A stretch of DNA of 64,000 nt from contig JAGQKV010000018.1 of the NCBI GenBank assembly GCA_020429915.1, forward strand, positions 133,770-197,769. Direction: 5' to 3'. The position numbers and the translations under genes were made by a program. Position 1 is the first letter of the stretch; each line of letters opens with the position of its first letter. This DNA is from Candidatus Omnitrophota bacterium (GTDB lineage Bacteria > Omnitrophota > Gorgyraeia > Zapsychrales > Zapsychraceae). A model generated the notes under the pieces. That model was not told the DNA's origin, did not search any database, and saw only the letters and a list, made by a program, of their open reading frames with translations. Below are positions 25,483 through 34,882 of the stretch, one piece after another.

Positions 25483-25826
25483 GTTCGTGCTTTACAGGGA
25501 TTGGAAAGTTTGGTATAAAGGAAACTTGAATTTCGCACAGCATCAGCCTCCTCTTCCCGGCCTCTTTGGCGGGAATTTATGTATTCCAGGCACATCTTGA
25601 TAAGCTGCTGCAGAAAAAAGGTTTATGTCGATTGCTGAAACATCCCGGGCAACGGCTGCGGAAACATCATCCCGGGAAGGCCAGTTCAAGCCGGGTGAAT
25701 CGACCAACCCCTTTTTTGATCATTGAACTGTCTGTATTTAGTCTGTGTAATTCCGGAGAGTCCGCCAAACTTGCAGAACAAATTTGACGAGACGGCTCCA
25801 CAGGAAATTACGCAGCTACCCCTTTT

Positions 25827-25915
25827 GGAGAGGTGCCAGAGTGGCCGAATGGAGCTGACTGCTAATCAGTTGTCTCCCGCAAGGGGGACCCAGGGTTCGA
25901 ATCCCTGCCTCTCCG
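25827..25915 (+). tRNA. tRNA-Ser (anticodon GCU), type II with a long variable arm
   Basis: GGAGAGGtgCCAGAGTGGCCGAATGGagCTGACTGCTAATCAGTTGTCTCCCGCAAGGGGGACCCAGGGTTCGAATCCCTGCCTCTCCg. The acceptor stem 7 bp is GGAGAGG/CCTCTCC; anticodon loop CTGCTAA; T-loop GTTCGAATC; extra arm 18 nt. Confidence 0.85.
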
Positions 25916-26031
25916 TTCTTCTTCTCCAAATCCCGTCTGAGAAACTCAAACAAGATTTCTGAGAACCCGCGTAGCGTCAATCAATGATTGATCCGCTGAC
26001 GTCATTGAATCCATTGATTAATTCGCGCCTA

Positions 26032-26075
26032 TCGGGCCGCCGAATATCCCTTCGGCGGATTTTTTATTTATAATC
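26032..26075 (+). terminator. Rho-independent terminator downstream of tRNA-Ser
   Basis: GGCCGCCGAAtatcccTTCGGCGGattttttattt: a 9-10 bp GC stem with a 6 nt loop, followed by a T-tract on the plus strand only. Confidence 0.5.
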
Positions 26076-26101
26076 AAGGGGGGTGCGTCGGGGAGGCGGG
26101 A

Positions 26102-29100
26102 CTATTCCCGACCGGAAAAGATGAGGGCCTCGGAAACCGGTGTCAGTTCGACAATCACGGGACGGAGTCCGTTAATTAAAACTCCCGCCCTCTCCCCCGC
26201 GCCGGGGCTAGGGGAAAGACCATCCAGGCGACCACCGCGGTCGATGACAATTTCGTTCATGTCGATACCGCCGACCTCCGACAGTTGCGCGTTGTCCTGG
26301 GACCTGTTACGCCGGATATACCCGTAGAAAGCGAGCAGGGCCAGCAAGCCGCCGGCCGTCAGGCTCCAATTGCGAATCACCGGCCAGCGCTTCTCCTTGA
26401 ATATTCTCCACTCGAGTCCGTCAAAGTATTCCGGATCGACGGCCGCCAGTAAATCCAAATCATCGGCGTACACTTCCAGAAAATCTTCCCTGTCATAGGC
26501 GTCGAGCAAGCGCGTCTTCAGAATCGCGGCTAAGACCTCGCGGTCCGTTTCATTGTAGAGAATAGCATTAATATCTCTGTTCCTATTGTATCTTAGCGTT
26601 AGCTGCGGCGATGCATTGACCCGGGCCCGTACATCCAATAGTGTGACCGGATCCATGGCCAATACCTTCAGACTGGACACATAATCCACGGCGTTGGGGG
26701 ATCGGGCACTGTAGAAATGCCGTTCCACGATCGGCATCACTCCTTCCGTGTAACCGATACTGACCAGCGTGTCGGCAATGGCGGGATAATCTTCGTAGAG
26801 GTTGGAATTACCAAAAAGGCGTTCCACATCTATGATATCCCTCAAATACGGCCCGGCGGCCGCGGCCTCCGGCCCCATCCGGCGCATCCCTTCCAATGTC
26901 ACCAGGAACAGGCTGTTAAGACCCACGATCTTGGCTCTATGTAACCAGTATTTCTCCAGGACATCAATATATATGGGCAGGAGAGCTTCCTCGGGGACCT
27001 CCAGCCTATGCAACTGCTGCAGGGCCGCGATCCGGGCAGGTCCGTTGAGGTCTCTGGTATAAAGGTACGCCGAACTGCCCGGCATACTGGTGGGTGTGAA
27101 AATGTCCTCCGTGCGGGCAATCCTCAGCAAATCCTCCACCAATTCCGCCGGGACCGTCGCAAGGGCGCCGACAGAGCGAGCGGCATGCGTCCGCAATTCC
27201 GGTTGGGCTGAGTCCAGGTCCCGTCGAATACGCCTGATCCTCTCTGATTCCGGAACCTCTGACAGATATACAGCGCGCACCGAATCAGGCAAGCGTTCCG
27301 CAATCCGGTAAGCGAGCAATCGCATCCGCCATTCCTCACTATCCCGGTATTTCCTGATAGCCGGCAAAAGAGAGTTGGACTGCGCCTGGAGCCTTAAATA
27401 AATTTCGGTAAGGGCGGAGATGACGTTAGTGACTTCATACGGTATTGATTCTTCACTAATAATCCGCAACTGTCGAAGTCGTTCTTCGAGGACAGGTACG
27501 GCGGATTCATCGCCGATACGCTGCAAATCTCTGATCGCCACCACATGATTGCTACGGTCCGGGTACAATCCTCGGTTGCCGACGACCCGCCTGTCGGCGG
27601 CACGCAGCGCACGGGCATAGATCGGTATCGCCGCCTTGACCCCCTCGTTTTGAAATCTGGTCAATGCCTGGCTCAGCCCGTCATTGAGACGTCCGTCCGC
27701 TGTCATGAGCCGGCGGATTAAAAACGGAATCGCTCGCGGATCGCCGAACTCTAACAAACCTTCCGCCGCGCGGCCCTGCACATAGGGATCGGGACTTTCA
27801 AGCAGCCCCAGTAGGGCATTGTACGCCGGTTCGCCGAAACGTGTCAGAAGTCTGTAAGCGGACTTCGGCACGACTGTGTTGCCGGCGACATCCTGAAAGA
27901 CGGCCGATTGGGGATTTCCCAATTCCTGAATGAGGCGGTCCATAGCCCTGGGTCCCAGGGCCAGGAACTGATCTTCGTATCCCTTGGGAAAACCGAAATT
28001 GTCGCTGTCGCGGTAGATCGCTATCAACAAATCCTCAAGGCGATCCGCCTCGAACAACTGGATCACGGTCGTGTCCTGTTTGCCCTGGCCTCCGGCCTGA
28101 TCCCGTTCGCATGCCGTGCACACACCGAGGACAATGAGGCCGCTGAGAATAAGCCGTAAAGGCACGGATGTGCTGCGGAATTTCCCCTTAAACGGGACCT
28201 TGAGAATGTGTCCCAACTGCGTCAATATGGCTTGGTCCGAGGGGTAGGGAGAATTCCACTCAGGGTGGACTTGCAGGTTCACTTTATACAAATCACCCGT
28301 AAGGTTCCGGGCAAACATCGCCCGGTCGGGGCTGTGCCCGAGCGTAATGTCCGTACCGGTAAATCCTCCGGAGAAATAATGCCGGGGAATCGCATGAGCC
28401 GAGAGCAAATCCCGGTCTTCTTTGATGTAGTTGAAAACTCCGATCTTGTAAGCGGCCATATACTGATCGTAGATGCGACCTTGCATACTGGCGTCAACGT
28501 CGTCTATTCCACGGACCTTGTTGAGGTCAACGTAGGCCTGCCCCAAAAAGCTGTCCCGCAGGGTTTCTTTATACCATTGTGCCAAAATCAACGCGTTGTA
28601 GATTTGCCGTAAAGGCGCAAAATTCTCACCTTCATTAATCTCCCGTTCAATCTCCGGCAAAATTAAATCGCGCACAATCTCGGCACTGAGAGGAAGTTCC
28701 GCGGGGGCATGTGCGCGGGCGGCGAAATCATCGGCCTGCCGCAACGCCTGATAGTCATGATCCAGCATGACTTTCAAGCGCGATTGGACGATATATACCG
28801 TCGATTGATCCTCGTAAACCCGCGCATAATCCGGCAGGATCCAGACCTTGTTGAACGTTTCCAGCGGAATATCCGTTGTCCCGTACCGGGCGCGGGCCTT
28901 GTTATAAATACGCTCCCAGAAGGTTTTCCCCAATTCCTGCTCGGGGTACATCAAACTCGCCGTCAGCTGCTTAAGCAGATAATCTTGTTTAAGTAAGTCC
29001 CGACCCATCTGCGTGCGGGCCAAATCCGGCGGAATGATCCGCTCTGACTCATAAGGTGATAAATTAACCCATAAATCTCCCTGGGGAACCGTCAAAGACG

Positions 29101-29485
29101 TCAGAAAATATTTCGCCATCTTTTGAGCCTCGTGACGAATGCCCTCGCGGGAGATGCTGGCGTCTCCGCTTTCCATAATAAACTCGAAATGGAAAGGCTC
29201 GTCCGGATAGACCGTCATTCCCTTGACCAGAACCGGGTGATAAGCGGGACTCGGAGCGACTCGAACACCGGGCACGGGCAACCCCTCAGCTCCGGCACCG
29301 GGATCGGCACCATAGACCGGGGCCGGCAGCATCACGTTGCCGGTGATAAAGCAAACCATCAGGGCAACGGTAACGATCCGGCGAAAGATTCCATTCCTGG
29401 GTTGATGTTGTTCGATAAACATGGGACTCCCCGAATACGAAAAACGGCCGGCCATGCCGATCATGGCCAAACGGTATTCGCTCAA
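26102..29485 (-). CDS. Giant secreted/membrane protein P2 (1127 aa): signal peptide, domain X (paralog of the P1 N-domain), internal hydrophobic lipobox-like segment, HEAT/PBS-lyase-like repeats, C-terminal TM helix
   Basis: Signal peptide RRIVTVALMVCFITGNVMLPAPVYGA; the real start may be the in-frame Met at 29422 (MFIEQHQ...). Residues ~65-400 align with P1 residues ~45-350. An internal hydrophobic segment LRLILSGLIVLGVCTAC (28108-28159) parallels LAVVGLCSAC in P1. Then come HEAT-like repeats (YVQGRAAEGLLEFGDPRAIPFLIRRL...) and a C-terminal TM (WSLTAGGLLALLAFYGYIRR). Confidence 0.75.
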   Translation of the reverse strand: MSEYRLAMIGMAGRFSYSGSPMFIEQHQPRNGIFRRIVTVALMVCFITGNVMLPAPVYGADPGAGAEGLPVPGVRVAPSPAYHPVLVKGMTVYPDEPFHFEFIMESGDASISREGIRHEAQKMAKYFLTSLTVPQGDLWVNLSPYESERIIPPDLARTQMGRDLLKQDYLLKQLTASLMYPEQELGKTFWERIYNKARARYGTTDIPLETFNKVWILPDYARVYEDQSTVYIVQSRLKVMLDHDYQALRQADDFAARAHAPAELPLSAEIVRDLILPEIEREINEGENFAPLRQIYNALILAQWYKETLRDSFLGQAYVDLNKVRGIDDVDASMQGRIYDQYMAAYKIGVFNYIKEDRDLLSAHAIPRHYFSGGFTGTDITLGHSPDRAMFARNLTGDLYKVNLQVHPEWNSPYPSDQAILTQLGHILKVPFKGKFRSTSVPLRLILSGLIVLGVCTACERDQAGGQGKQDTTVIQLFEADRLEDLLIAIYRDSDNFGFPKGYEDQFLALGPRAMDRLIQELGNPQSAVFQDVAGNTVVPKSAYRLLTRFGEPAYNALLGLLESPDPYVQGRAAEGLLEFGDPRAIPFLIRRLMTADGRLNDGLSQALTRFQNEGVKAAIPIYARALRAADRRVVGNRGLYPDRSNHVVAIRDLQRIGDESAVPVLEERLRQLRIISEESIPYEVTNVISALTEIYLRLQAQSNSLLPAIRKYRDSEEWRMRLLAYRIAERLPDSVRAVYLSEVPESERIRRIRRDLDSAQPELRTHAARSVGALATVPAELVEDLLRIARTEDIFTPTSMPGSSAYLYTRDLNGPARIAALQQLHRLEVPEEALLPIYIDVLEKYWLHRAKIVGLNSLFLVTLEGMRRMGPEAAAAGPYLRDIIDVERLFGNSNLYEDYPAIADTLVSIGYTEGVMPIVERHFYSARSPNAVDYVSSLKVLAMDPVTLLDVRARVNASPQLTLRYNRNRDINAILYNETDREVLAAILKTRLLDAYDREDFLEVYADDLDLLAAVDPEYFDGLEWRIFKEKRWPVIRNWSLTAGGLLALLAFYGYIRRNRSQDNAQLSEVGGIDMNEIVIDRGGRLDGLSPSPGAGERAGVLINGLRPVIVELTPVSEALIFSGRE

Positions 29486-29504
29486 TATTAATTGGCAATG
29501 TTAT

Positions 29505-29560
29505 GTGATTGGGGAATCGCGTGCGGGAGTATCGCTGCGGTGCTACAAGATGATTAATAT
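29505..29560. promoter_or_regulatory. Upstream motif pair before P2: TGATTGGGGAAT (29505-29516) and ATGATTAATATT (29549-29560)
   Basis: Identical 12-mer and near-identical AT box to those upstream of P1 (12988-13027), in the same orientation relative to the gene. Spacing between the boxes differs (44 nt here, 28 nt at P1). Confidence 0.45.
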
Positions 29561-29634
29561 TAACACATTTTTCCTATTTCCGGCAAATTATTAAATTTTG
29601 GAAATAACCGCTGAAAACCGTGCTCTGTGGGGGT

Positions 29635-31128
29635 TTATTGCGAGAGAGAGGACAATTTGGCCTGCGACGCGCGGGATTCCGGCGTTTGAAATTGAGCCAA
29701 CGTTCTGCCCCGCTTGGGACGCAAGAGGTGGATGGTCCGTTTTACGCACTGCCAGGCCTTGCGCGGCAGGTAGGCTTTGTTGGGATACCGCCGGATGAGT
29801 TTAATGGCTCTGATGGGGTGGGCATAAAACAAGATGTAACAGATCTGTTTGCCCAGCGCAATCTGCCAATCGGGAACCGGCGACAATCCGGTGTAGCTGC
29901 GGTGGTAGGTGTCCATATCAAAGTCCTGCTCCGGGCCGGAGGTGCTGCCCCGGTCTTCTTCATACAATTCCGTGCCTTCAAACGGCGTCACGGTGTGCAT
30001 CACCGCCAGATTCAGCCGCGATGTCACCATATAGCGGAAGGTCTTCAGCATTTGGCTGAACGTCTCCCCTCTAAATCCGATCATGAAGAATCCCATGGTC
30101 AACAAACCCACCCGGTCGGCGATTGCGATATTCTCTTTGATCTTCTCCAGCTTGTTATTCTTTTTGATCTGTTTTTGAATCCCCTTATCCGCCGATTCCA
30201 CGGCGATGCACATAAAGACGCAGCCGGCCTGTTTAAGCAGCGTGATGATGTGCTCATCCATGATGTCCATACGGATCCCATTGGGAAAGTGAAAGGATAT
30301 GGCGAGCTTCCGGGCGATCACGAGCTCGCAAAACCGGATCACGCGCTTGCGGTCGAGATTCCAGATATCGTCGATAAACTCAAAGTCACGGATCCCGTAC
30401 TCGGCGATGTAATGCTCAATCAACTCCACCATGCGCTCGGCGCTCATCGCCCGAAAGGTCTTGCCGAAAATATCGTGACAATACGTACACCGGTAGGGAC
30501 AGGCCCGCGAGCTGAAGATTGCGATATACGGCCGGCAGCCGATCGGGGCCATCGATTCGGTCCGGGCGTAATATTTCAGATCGACCAGATCGTAAGCCGG
30601 TGCCGGCAGGGAATCCAGATCCATGATCGGCAGCCGTGGAGGTCCTTGCGTGACAAGCCCGTCGTCGCCGGCTACGGCCGTTCCGGCAATACCGTCCAGA
30701 GACTCGCCGTCGAAACGGCGATCAAGGATCTCGCGAAAGGTCTCCTCTCCCTCTCCGATGACAACCAGATCAATATTCGGATCCGCCACCACCGACCGCC
30801 AGGAGGCCGACGCATACGGACCGCCGCACACCACCAGGCAGTCCGGATTCCAGCGCTTGACCCGTTCCGCCGTCTGTCGGATGCATTCGCGATCAATGGT
30901 CAGACCGGTTAATCCGACAACATCCGGTTGCGTCTGTCGGAGGACCGACTCCAGCTCCCGGTACTTGCCGGGTATGTTGAAATCGAGCAAATCAATAGCC
31001 GTATGTCCTTCCCGGCGCAAATAGGACGCCAACGATAAAAGGCCAACCGGGTAACACCGGTTGGCCGTGTATTCCTGTATGGTGAGGATACAGGTATTAA
31101 TGAGCAATATATTGCGGTTGGGCGGCAT
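29635..31128 (-). CDS. B12-binding domain-containing radical SAM protein (class B rSAM)
   Basis: 497 aa. An N-terminal cobalamin-binding Rossmann region (ILLINTCILT...DVVGLTGLT...LVVCGGPYAS) is followed by an rSAM core with CxxxCxxC (SSRACPYRCTYCHD). Confidence 0.85.
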   Translation of the reverse strand: MPPNRNILLINTCILTIQEYTANRCYPVGLLSLASYLRREGHTAIDLLDFNIPGKYRELESVLRQTQPDVVGLTGLTIDRECIRQTAERVKRWNPDCLVVCGGPYASASWRSVVADPNIDLVVIGEGEETFREILDRRFDGESLDGIAGTAVAGDDGLVTQGPPRLPIMDLDSLPAPAYDLVDLKYYARTESMAPIGCRPYIAIFSSRACPYRCTYCHDIFGKTFRAMSAERMVELIEHYIAEYGIRDFEFIDDIWNLDRKRVIRFCELVIARKLAISFHFPNGIRMDIMDEHIITLLKQAGCVFMCIAVESADKGIQKQIKKNNKLEKIKENIAIADRVGLLTMGFFMIGFRGETFSQMLKTFRYMVTSRLNLAVMHTVTPFEGTELYEEDRGSTSGPEQDFDMDTYHRSYTGLSPVPDWQIALGKQICYILFYAHPIRAIKLIRRYPNKAYLPRKAWQCVKRTIHLLRPKRGRTLAQFQTPESRASQAKLSSLSQ

Positions 31129-31188
31129 GCTTCAATTATAACCAACTCCCGCGGGGGAGGCAAGGAGGATCCCGACGGGGAGCGCGGG

Positions 31189-33612
31189 TCATCCCTCCTG
31201 TTTTTTTGTCACCGTAGTAAGGGGTTGATTAATAATTTTGGTAATCGCCTCGAAATCGACCGGCCGCGAAAAGAGATAACCCTGCGCCTGGTCACAATGG
31301 TTGCCGCGCAGAAAACGCAGCTGCGTCTCGGTTTCGACTCCTTCCCCGACCACTTCATAGCCGAGCTTATGCGCCATCACGATAATCGCCTCGATGATAG
31401 CGGTCCGGTCGGGTTCGGCTTCCAGGGAATGAATGAAATGCCGGTCGATCTTCAAATGATCCACCGGAAACAGCTTCAAACTGTTCAGCGAAGAATAACC
31501 CATGCCGAAGTCATCGATGGATATCGTTATTCCCATCGCGTGCAGTTGATTGAGCAGCGCAATATTCATTGCGACATCACTCATGGCGACCGTTTCGGTG
31601 ATCTCAATCCCCAACCATTTCGGGGACACCTGATTATCGCTCAACGCCTCCCTGATCTGCTTGATCAATCCCCGCTGTTCGAACTGCTTTGCCGAAAAAT
31701 TGACGTTGAACCGCACCGGCGGCAGTTTTAAGTCGAACCAGCGCCGGATATCCTGGCAAACCTGTCGCAGGACCCAACGGTCAATCTCCACGATCATGCC
31801 GGTTTCCTCGGCATTATGGATAAACTCGTCCGGCTGAACAAAACCGCGCTCGGGATGCTGCCAGCGGATCAAGGCCTCTAACCGCACAATACGCATCTGC
31901 TTGAGACAGACAATGGGTTGATAATACATGACGAATTGCCCCTGTTCGAGAGCCGAACGCAGGTCCATCTCCAATTGCATCGTCGACATGACCGACGACC
32001 GCATAGTCTCGTCAAACATCTTGTACTTGGTCGCGTGCGACGACTTGGCATAGTACATCGCGGTATCGGCATCCCTCAAATAATCCGAAGGCTGTTCGTA
32101 GCCGGGCTGGCTGATGATAATCCCGACACTGCAGCTGACATAAATTTCCTGCCCGCTGAGTTTAAACGGCCGATCTAACTCGAGCTGGAGCCGCTCCGCC
32201 AGGATCTCGGGATCCCGTTCCGTGGCGATTTGGTCCATCAAAATGACGAACTCATCACCCCCCAGCCGGCCGACAGTATCGACGTCGCGTACGATCCGGC
32301 TCAGCCGTTGGCTGATCTGCTGCAGCAATTTGTCTCCGGCATGATGCCCCATGCTGTCATTGACCAACTTGAACCGGTCGAGATCGATAAAGAGCAACGC
32401 GAAGCGGCTACGGGAATCGCGACGGTAGCGGCGGATCAGCATATCGAGGCGGTCGATCAACAGGGCTCGGTTCGGCAAATCGGTCAGCACATCATGGCAG
32501 GCCTCATACGTTAAGCGGTCATTAGACTGCTTGAGGTTGCGGACCATGCTGTTAAACTGGTCCGTCAACAGGCCGATCTCATCATTCGATCCGACCTGAA
32601 TAAAGGTCGACAGGTCACCGTTGGAAATCCGCTTTGTCCCCTCGACCAATTGATTGATCGGACGGGAAATGAACCGTGACAGCACATAGGCGGCGAGCGC
32701 TACCAGCGCCATCATGAAGCAGGCTATCAGCAGGAAATCGATCAGCTCCTGATGAATTTCTTTGGAAAAAATCGACAACGGTATCATCGACTTAACGACA
32801 AACAACGGACGCTGATCGCTTCCGGACTGAATCAGATTCGCGGACACAATATAGCGGCTTTCGTCTTCACGCTCATACGGCGCGCCGCCGGGATAGGCAT
32901 CGAAAATCTTCTCACCGTCCAGAGTGTACGACTTGATAATCGGGTAACCGTCGACCTCTACGGCTGAGATGTAATCGTAAAAGTCGCTGAGCGAGATATG
33001 AAGCACCACCGCCCCGCCGAAACCGAGGACCTCCGGATCCTCCTTGGCGATCGCCGCCACGAGGGTGTACTCGTTTTCATGAATGAACGGTTTGGAGACG
33101 ATCACACCGACACTTTGATCCGCACTCAATTCTTCATACAGGTGATAAATCTCGGCGTAAAGCCGGTCACGGGAGTGGTCGCGCAATTGATCATAGGAGA
33201 TGTATTCACGGATGCGGCGGTTGCCTTCGGTGATCACCTGTTCTTCCCCTTTGGCATCGATGAACCGCAGCGACAGGTACTTATGCGCATCATTGCGGGT
33301 GAAATGCAGAAAGAGTTTCTCGACATTCGGCCGGGTGACCAGCGCCTCATTGCGCTGTGAGGTCAGCATATTGTCGAGTGACGGCGACTCCGCGATGAGC
33401 TGCAAATCGCGGATCATCCGCAGATTGTAGACTTCCTGGAAGTAATCCACCGCGGCGTTGAGGAATTGCTGTCCCTGAGAGCGGAAACTGTTTTCGATGT
33501 ACGCCTTGCGGCTGTTGTACTGGATGATGTTGGTGACCGAGATCGTCACGACCCCGATCAAAACGTAGGCGAGAAAAATCTTGTGGAATATCTTAATGCC
33601 CTTGGCGCGCAT
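31189..33612 (-). CDS. Sensor diguanylate cyclase/phosphodiesterase (periplasmic sensor-TM-HAMP-GGDEF-EAL)
   Basis: 807 aa: an N-terminal TM (IFLAYVLIGVVTISV), a ~270 aa extracytoplasmic region, a second TM, HAMP, GGDEF (RLGGDEFVILM) and EAL (EALIRW...; DDFGMGYSSL). Confidence 0.85.
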   Translation of the reverse strand: MRAKGIKIFHKIFLAYVLIGVVTISVTNIIQYNSRKAYIENSFRSQGQQFLNAAVDYFQEVYNLRMIRDLQLIAESPSLDNMLTSQRNEALVTRPNVEKLFLHFTRNDAHKYLSLRFIDAKGEEQVITEGNRRIREYISYDQLRDHSRDRLYAEIYHLYEELSADQSVGVIVSKPFIHENEYTLVAAIAKEDPEVLGFGGAVVLHISLSDFYDYISAVEVDGYPIIKSYTLDGEKIFDAYPGGAPYEREDESRYIVSANLIQSGSDQRPLFVVKSMIPLSIFSKEIHQELIDFLLIACFMMALVALAAYVLSRFISRPINQLVEGTKRISNGDLSTFIQVGSNDEIGLLTDQFNSMVRNLKQSNDRLTYEACHDVLTDLPNRALLIDRLDMLIRRYRRDSRSRFALLFIDLDRFKLVNDSMGHHAGDKLLQQISQRLSRIVRDVDTVGRLGGDEFVILMDQIATERDPEILAERLQLELDRPFKLSGQEIYVSCSVGIIISQPGYEQPSDYLRDADTAMYYAKSSHATKYKMFDETMRSSVMSTMQLEMDLRSALEQGQFVMYYQPIVCLKQMRIVRLEALIRWQHPERGFVQPDEFIHNAEETGMIVEIDRWVLRQVCQDIRRWFDLKLPPVRFNVNFSAKQFEQRGLIKQIREALSDNQVSPKWLGIEITETVAMSDVAMNIALLNQLHAMGITISIDDFGMGYSSLNSLKLFPVDHLKIDRHFIHSLEAEPDRTAIIEAIIVMAHKLGYEVVGEGVETETQLRFLRGNHCDQAQGYLFSRPVDFEAITKIINQPLTTVTKKQEG

Positions 33613-33630
33613 GCACGACAGCTCCCCGGT

Positions 33631-34746
33631 TTATGGCTGCAAGGCCATGGCTTCGTCAATGTACTGCTCGATAAAATCGATGCCCGAAATATCCAGACCG
33701 AGCATCTCGGCGCGCCGGCGATTAATGATAACCGGACCGCGCGTAGGCGCCGTGACGGAAATCAACGCCGGGTCCTGTCCCTTCAACAGGATGTCCAAGG
33801 CGATTTTCATGGCGTCGAATCCCTGTTTGAATCCGGAATCGTCGACGACCAGGAGTATTCCTTCCTGGGCAAACTGCTTCTCCTGGGCGCAATCCGGTTT
33901 GCGAATATTTTCCAGGTACCAGCGGCCGGCCTCCAGCTGATCGACGGCACTGCCGTTCACGTCCTTAAGGGTGTTGTGGTTCAGGACAAAGAAGGAATCC
34001 ACCTTTTTGCTCATGCGCAGGGCCCGCTCCTTCCATTCCTCATAGGCATTAGTCACGACGCTGCCGATGATCTTTACCGGAAGATCTTCGGTTTCGGCCA
34101 ACCGTTCGATCGCCTTGACCTTAGACCGGCCGGTCGGCGAATCATCCGACAAAATCGCCATGGTCCGAATATCGGGGACCAGCTTCTTCAGGAATACGAT
34201 GTTTTCCTGAAGGTAACCCGCCTGGTATACACCGGTCACGTTATGGCCGGGCCGTTCTACGGAATCGATCAAACCGTAACGAACAGGCAGGCCGTTGACC
34301 CCCCAGAACACAACAGGGATCGGCGTATCAATGTACTGGTTGCCCACATAATTCGACGCGTTATCGTCGCCCAACAGGATGATATCCGGCCGGAACTCTT
34401 CGACCTCTTTGACGATTTGCGCCACAGCGTCGGCGATTTGCCTCCGGCTGTTCTTGCGCTTGGTATCCATCCACACCTTGCGCAGTACAACCCGTTCGTT
34501 TTCCAGGACATCCTTCTCGGTAAATTCATTTTGCTCTTCGATACTGCTAAGCAGCCCGGCTTCCAACAGGGCGGCGCACAATCCGGACTGAACATCCTGC
34601 GACCACAAATAAGTCCGATGATAACTGCTGACGATAAAAATACGAAATTGCCGGTAGTATCCGGTCCCGGCCTGCGCCCGCGGCACGATCACCGCGCACA
34701 ACAATACGGCCAGGACCGTCAATAAAGGGCGAGCGGTTCGGCTCAC
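33631..34746 (-). CDS. ABC-transporter-type substrate-binding protein of the PF04392 (ABC_sub_bind) family, a likely sensor partner
   Basis: 371 aa with a signal peptide. Blocks ILLGDDNASNY, VVFWGVNG and NVTGV resemble PF04392, which is commonly encoded next to signalling proteins. It sits directly upstream of the GGDEF-EAL gene (19 nt gap). Confidence 0.65.
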   Translation of the reverse strand: MSRTARPLLTVLAVLLCAVIVPRAQAGTGYYRQFRIFIVSSYHRTYLWSQDVQSGLCAALLEAGLLSSIEEQNEFTEKDVLENERVVLRKVWMDTKRKNSRRQIADAVAQIVKEVEEFRPDIILLGDDNASNYVGNQYIDTPIPVVFWGVNGLPVRYGLIDSVERPGHNVTGVYQAGYLQENIVFLKKLVPDIRTMAILSDDSPTGRSKVKAIERLAETEDLPVKIIGSVVTNAYEEWKERALRMSKKVDSFFVLNHNTLKDVNGSAVDQLEAGRWYLENIRKPDCAQEKQFAQEGILLVVDDSGFKQGFDAMKIALDILLKGQDPALISVTAPTRGPVIINRRRAEMLGLDISGIDFIEQYIDEAMALQP

Positions 34747-34882
34747 TGACGTCCTTTCCGTTTATCTTGTTTTTGAAGGGATTTTCGCGTACCCACGATA
34801 CTTTTGATTGTAGGTGCTGGCGGCGGTTCGCTCAAGCCGAATCCGGGATATTTGAAGAGCCGGATAACACAACCGGTTTGCC

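Noticed and set aside
25827-34746. tRNA-Ser-flanked block (P2, rSAM, GGDEF-EAL, SBP) considered as an integrated genomic island
   Set aside because: No integrase, recombinase or direct repeat of the tRNA 3' end is visible in the window, and the paralog P1 sits in a housekeeping context. This cannot be decided without comparative genomes.
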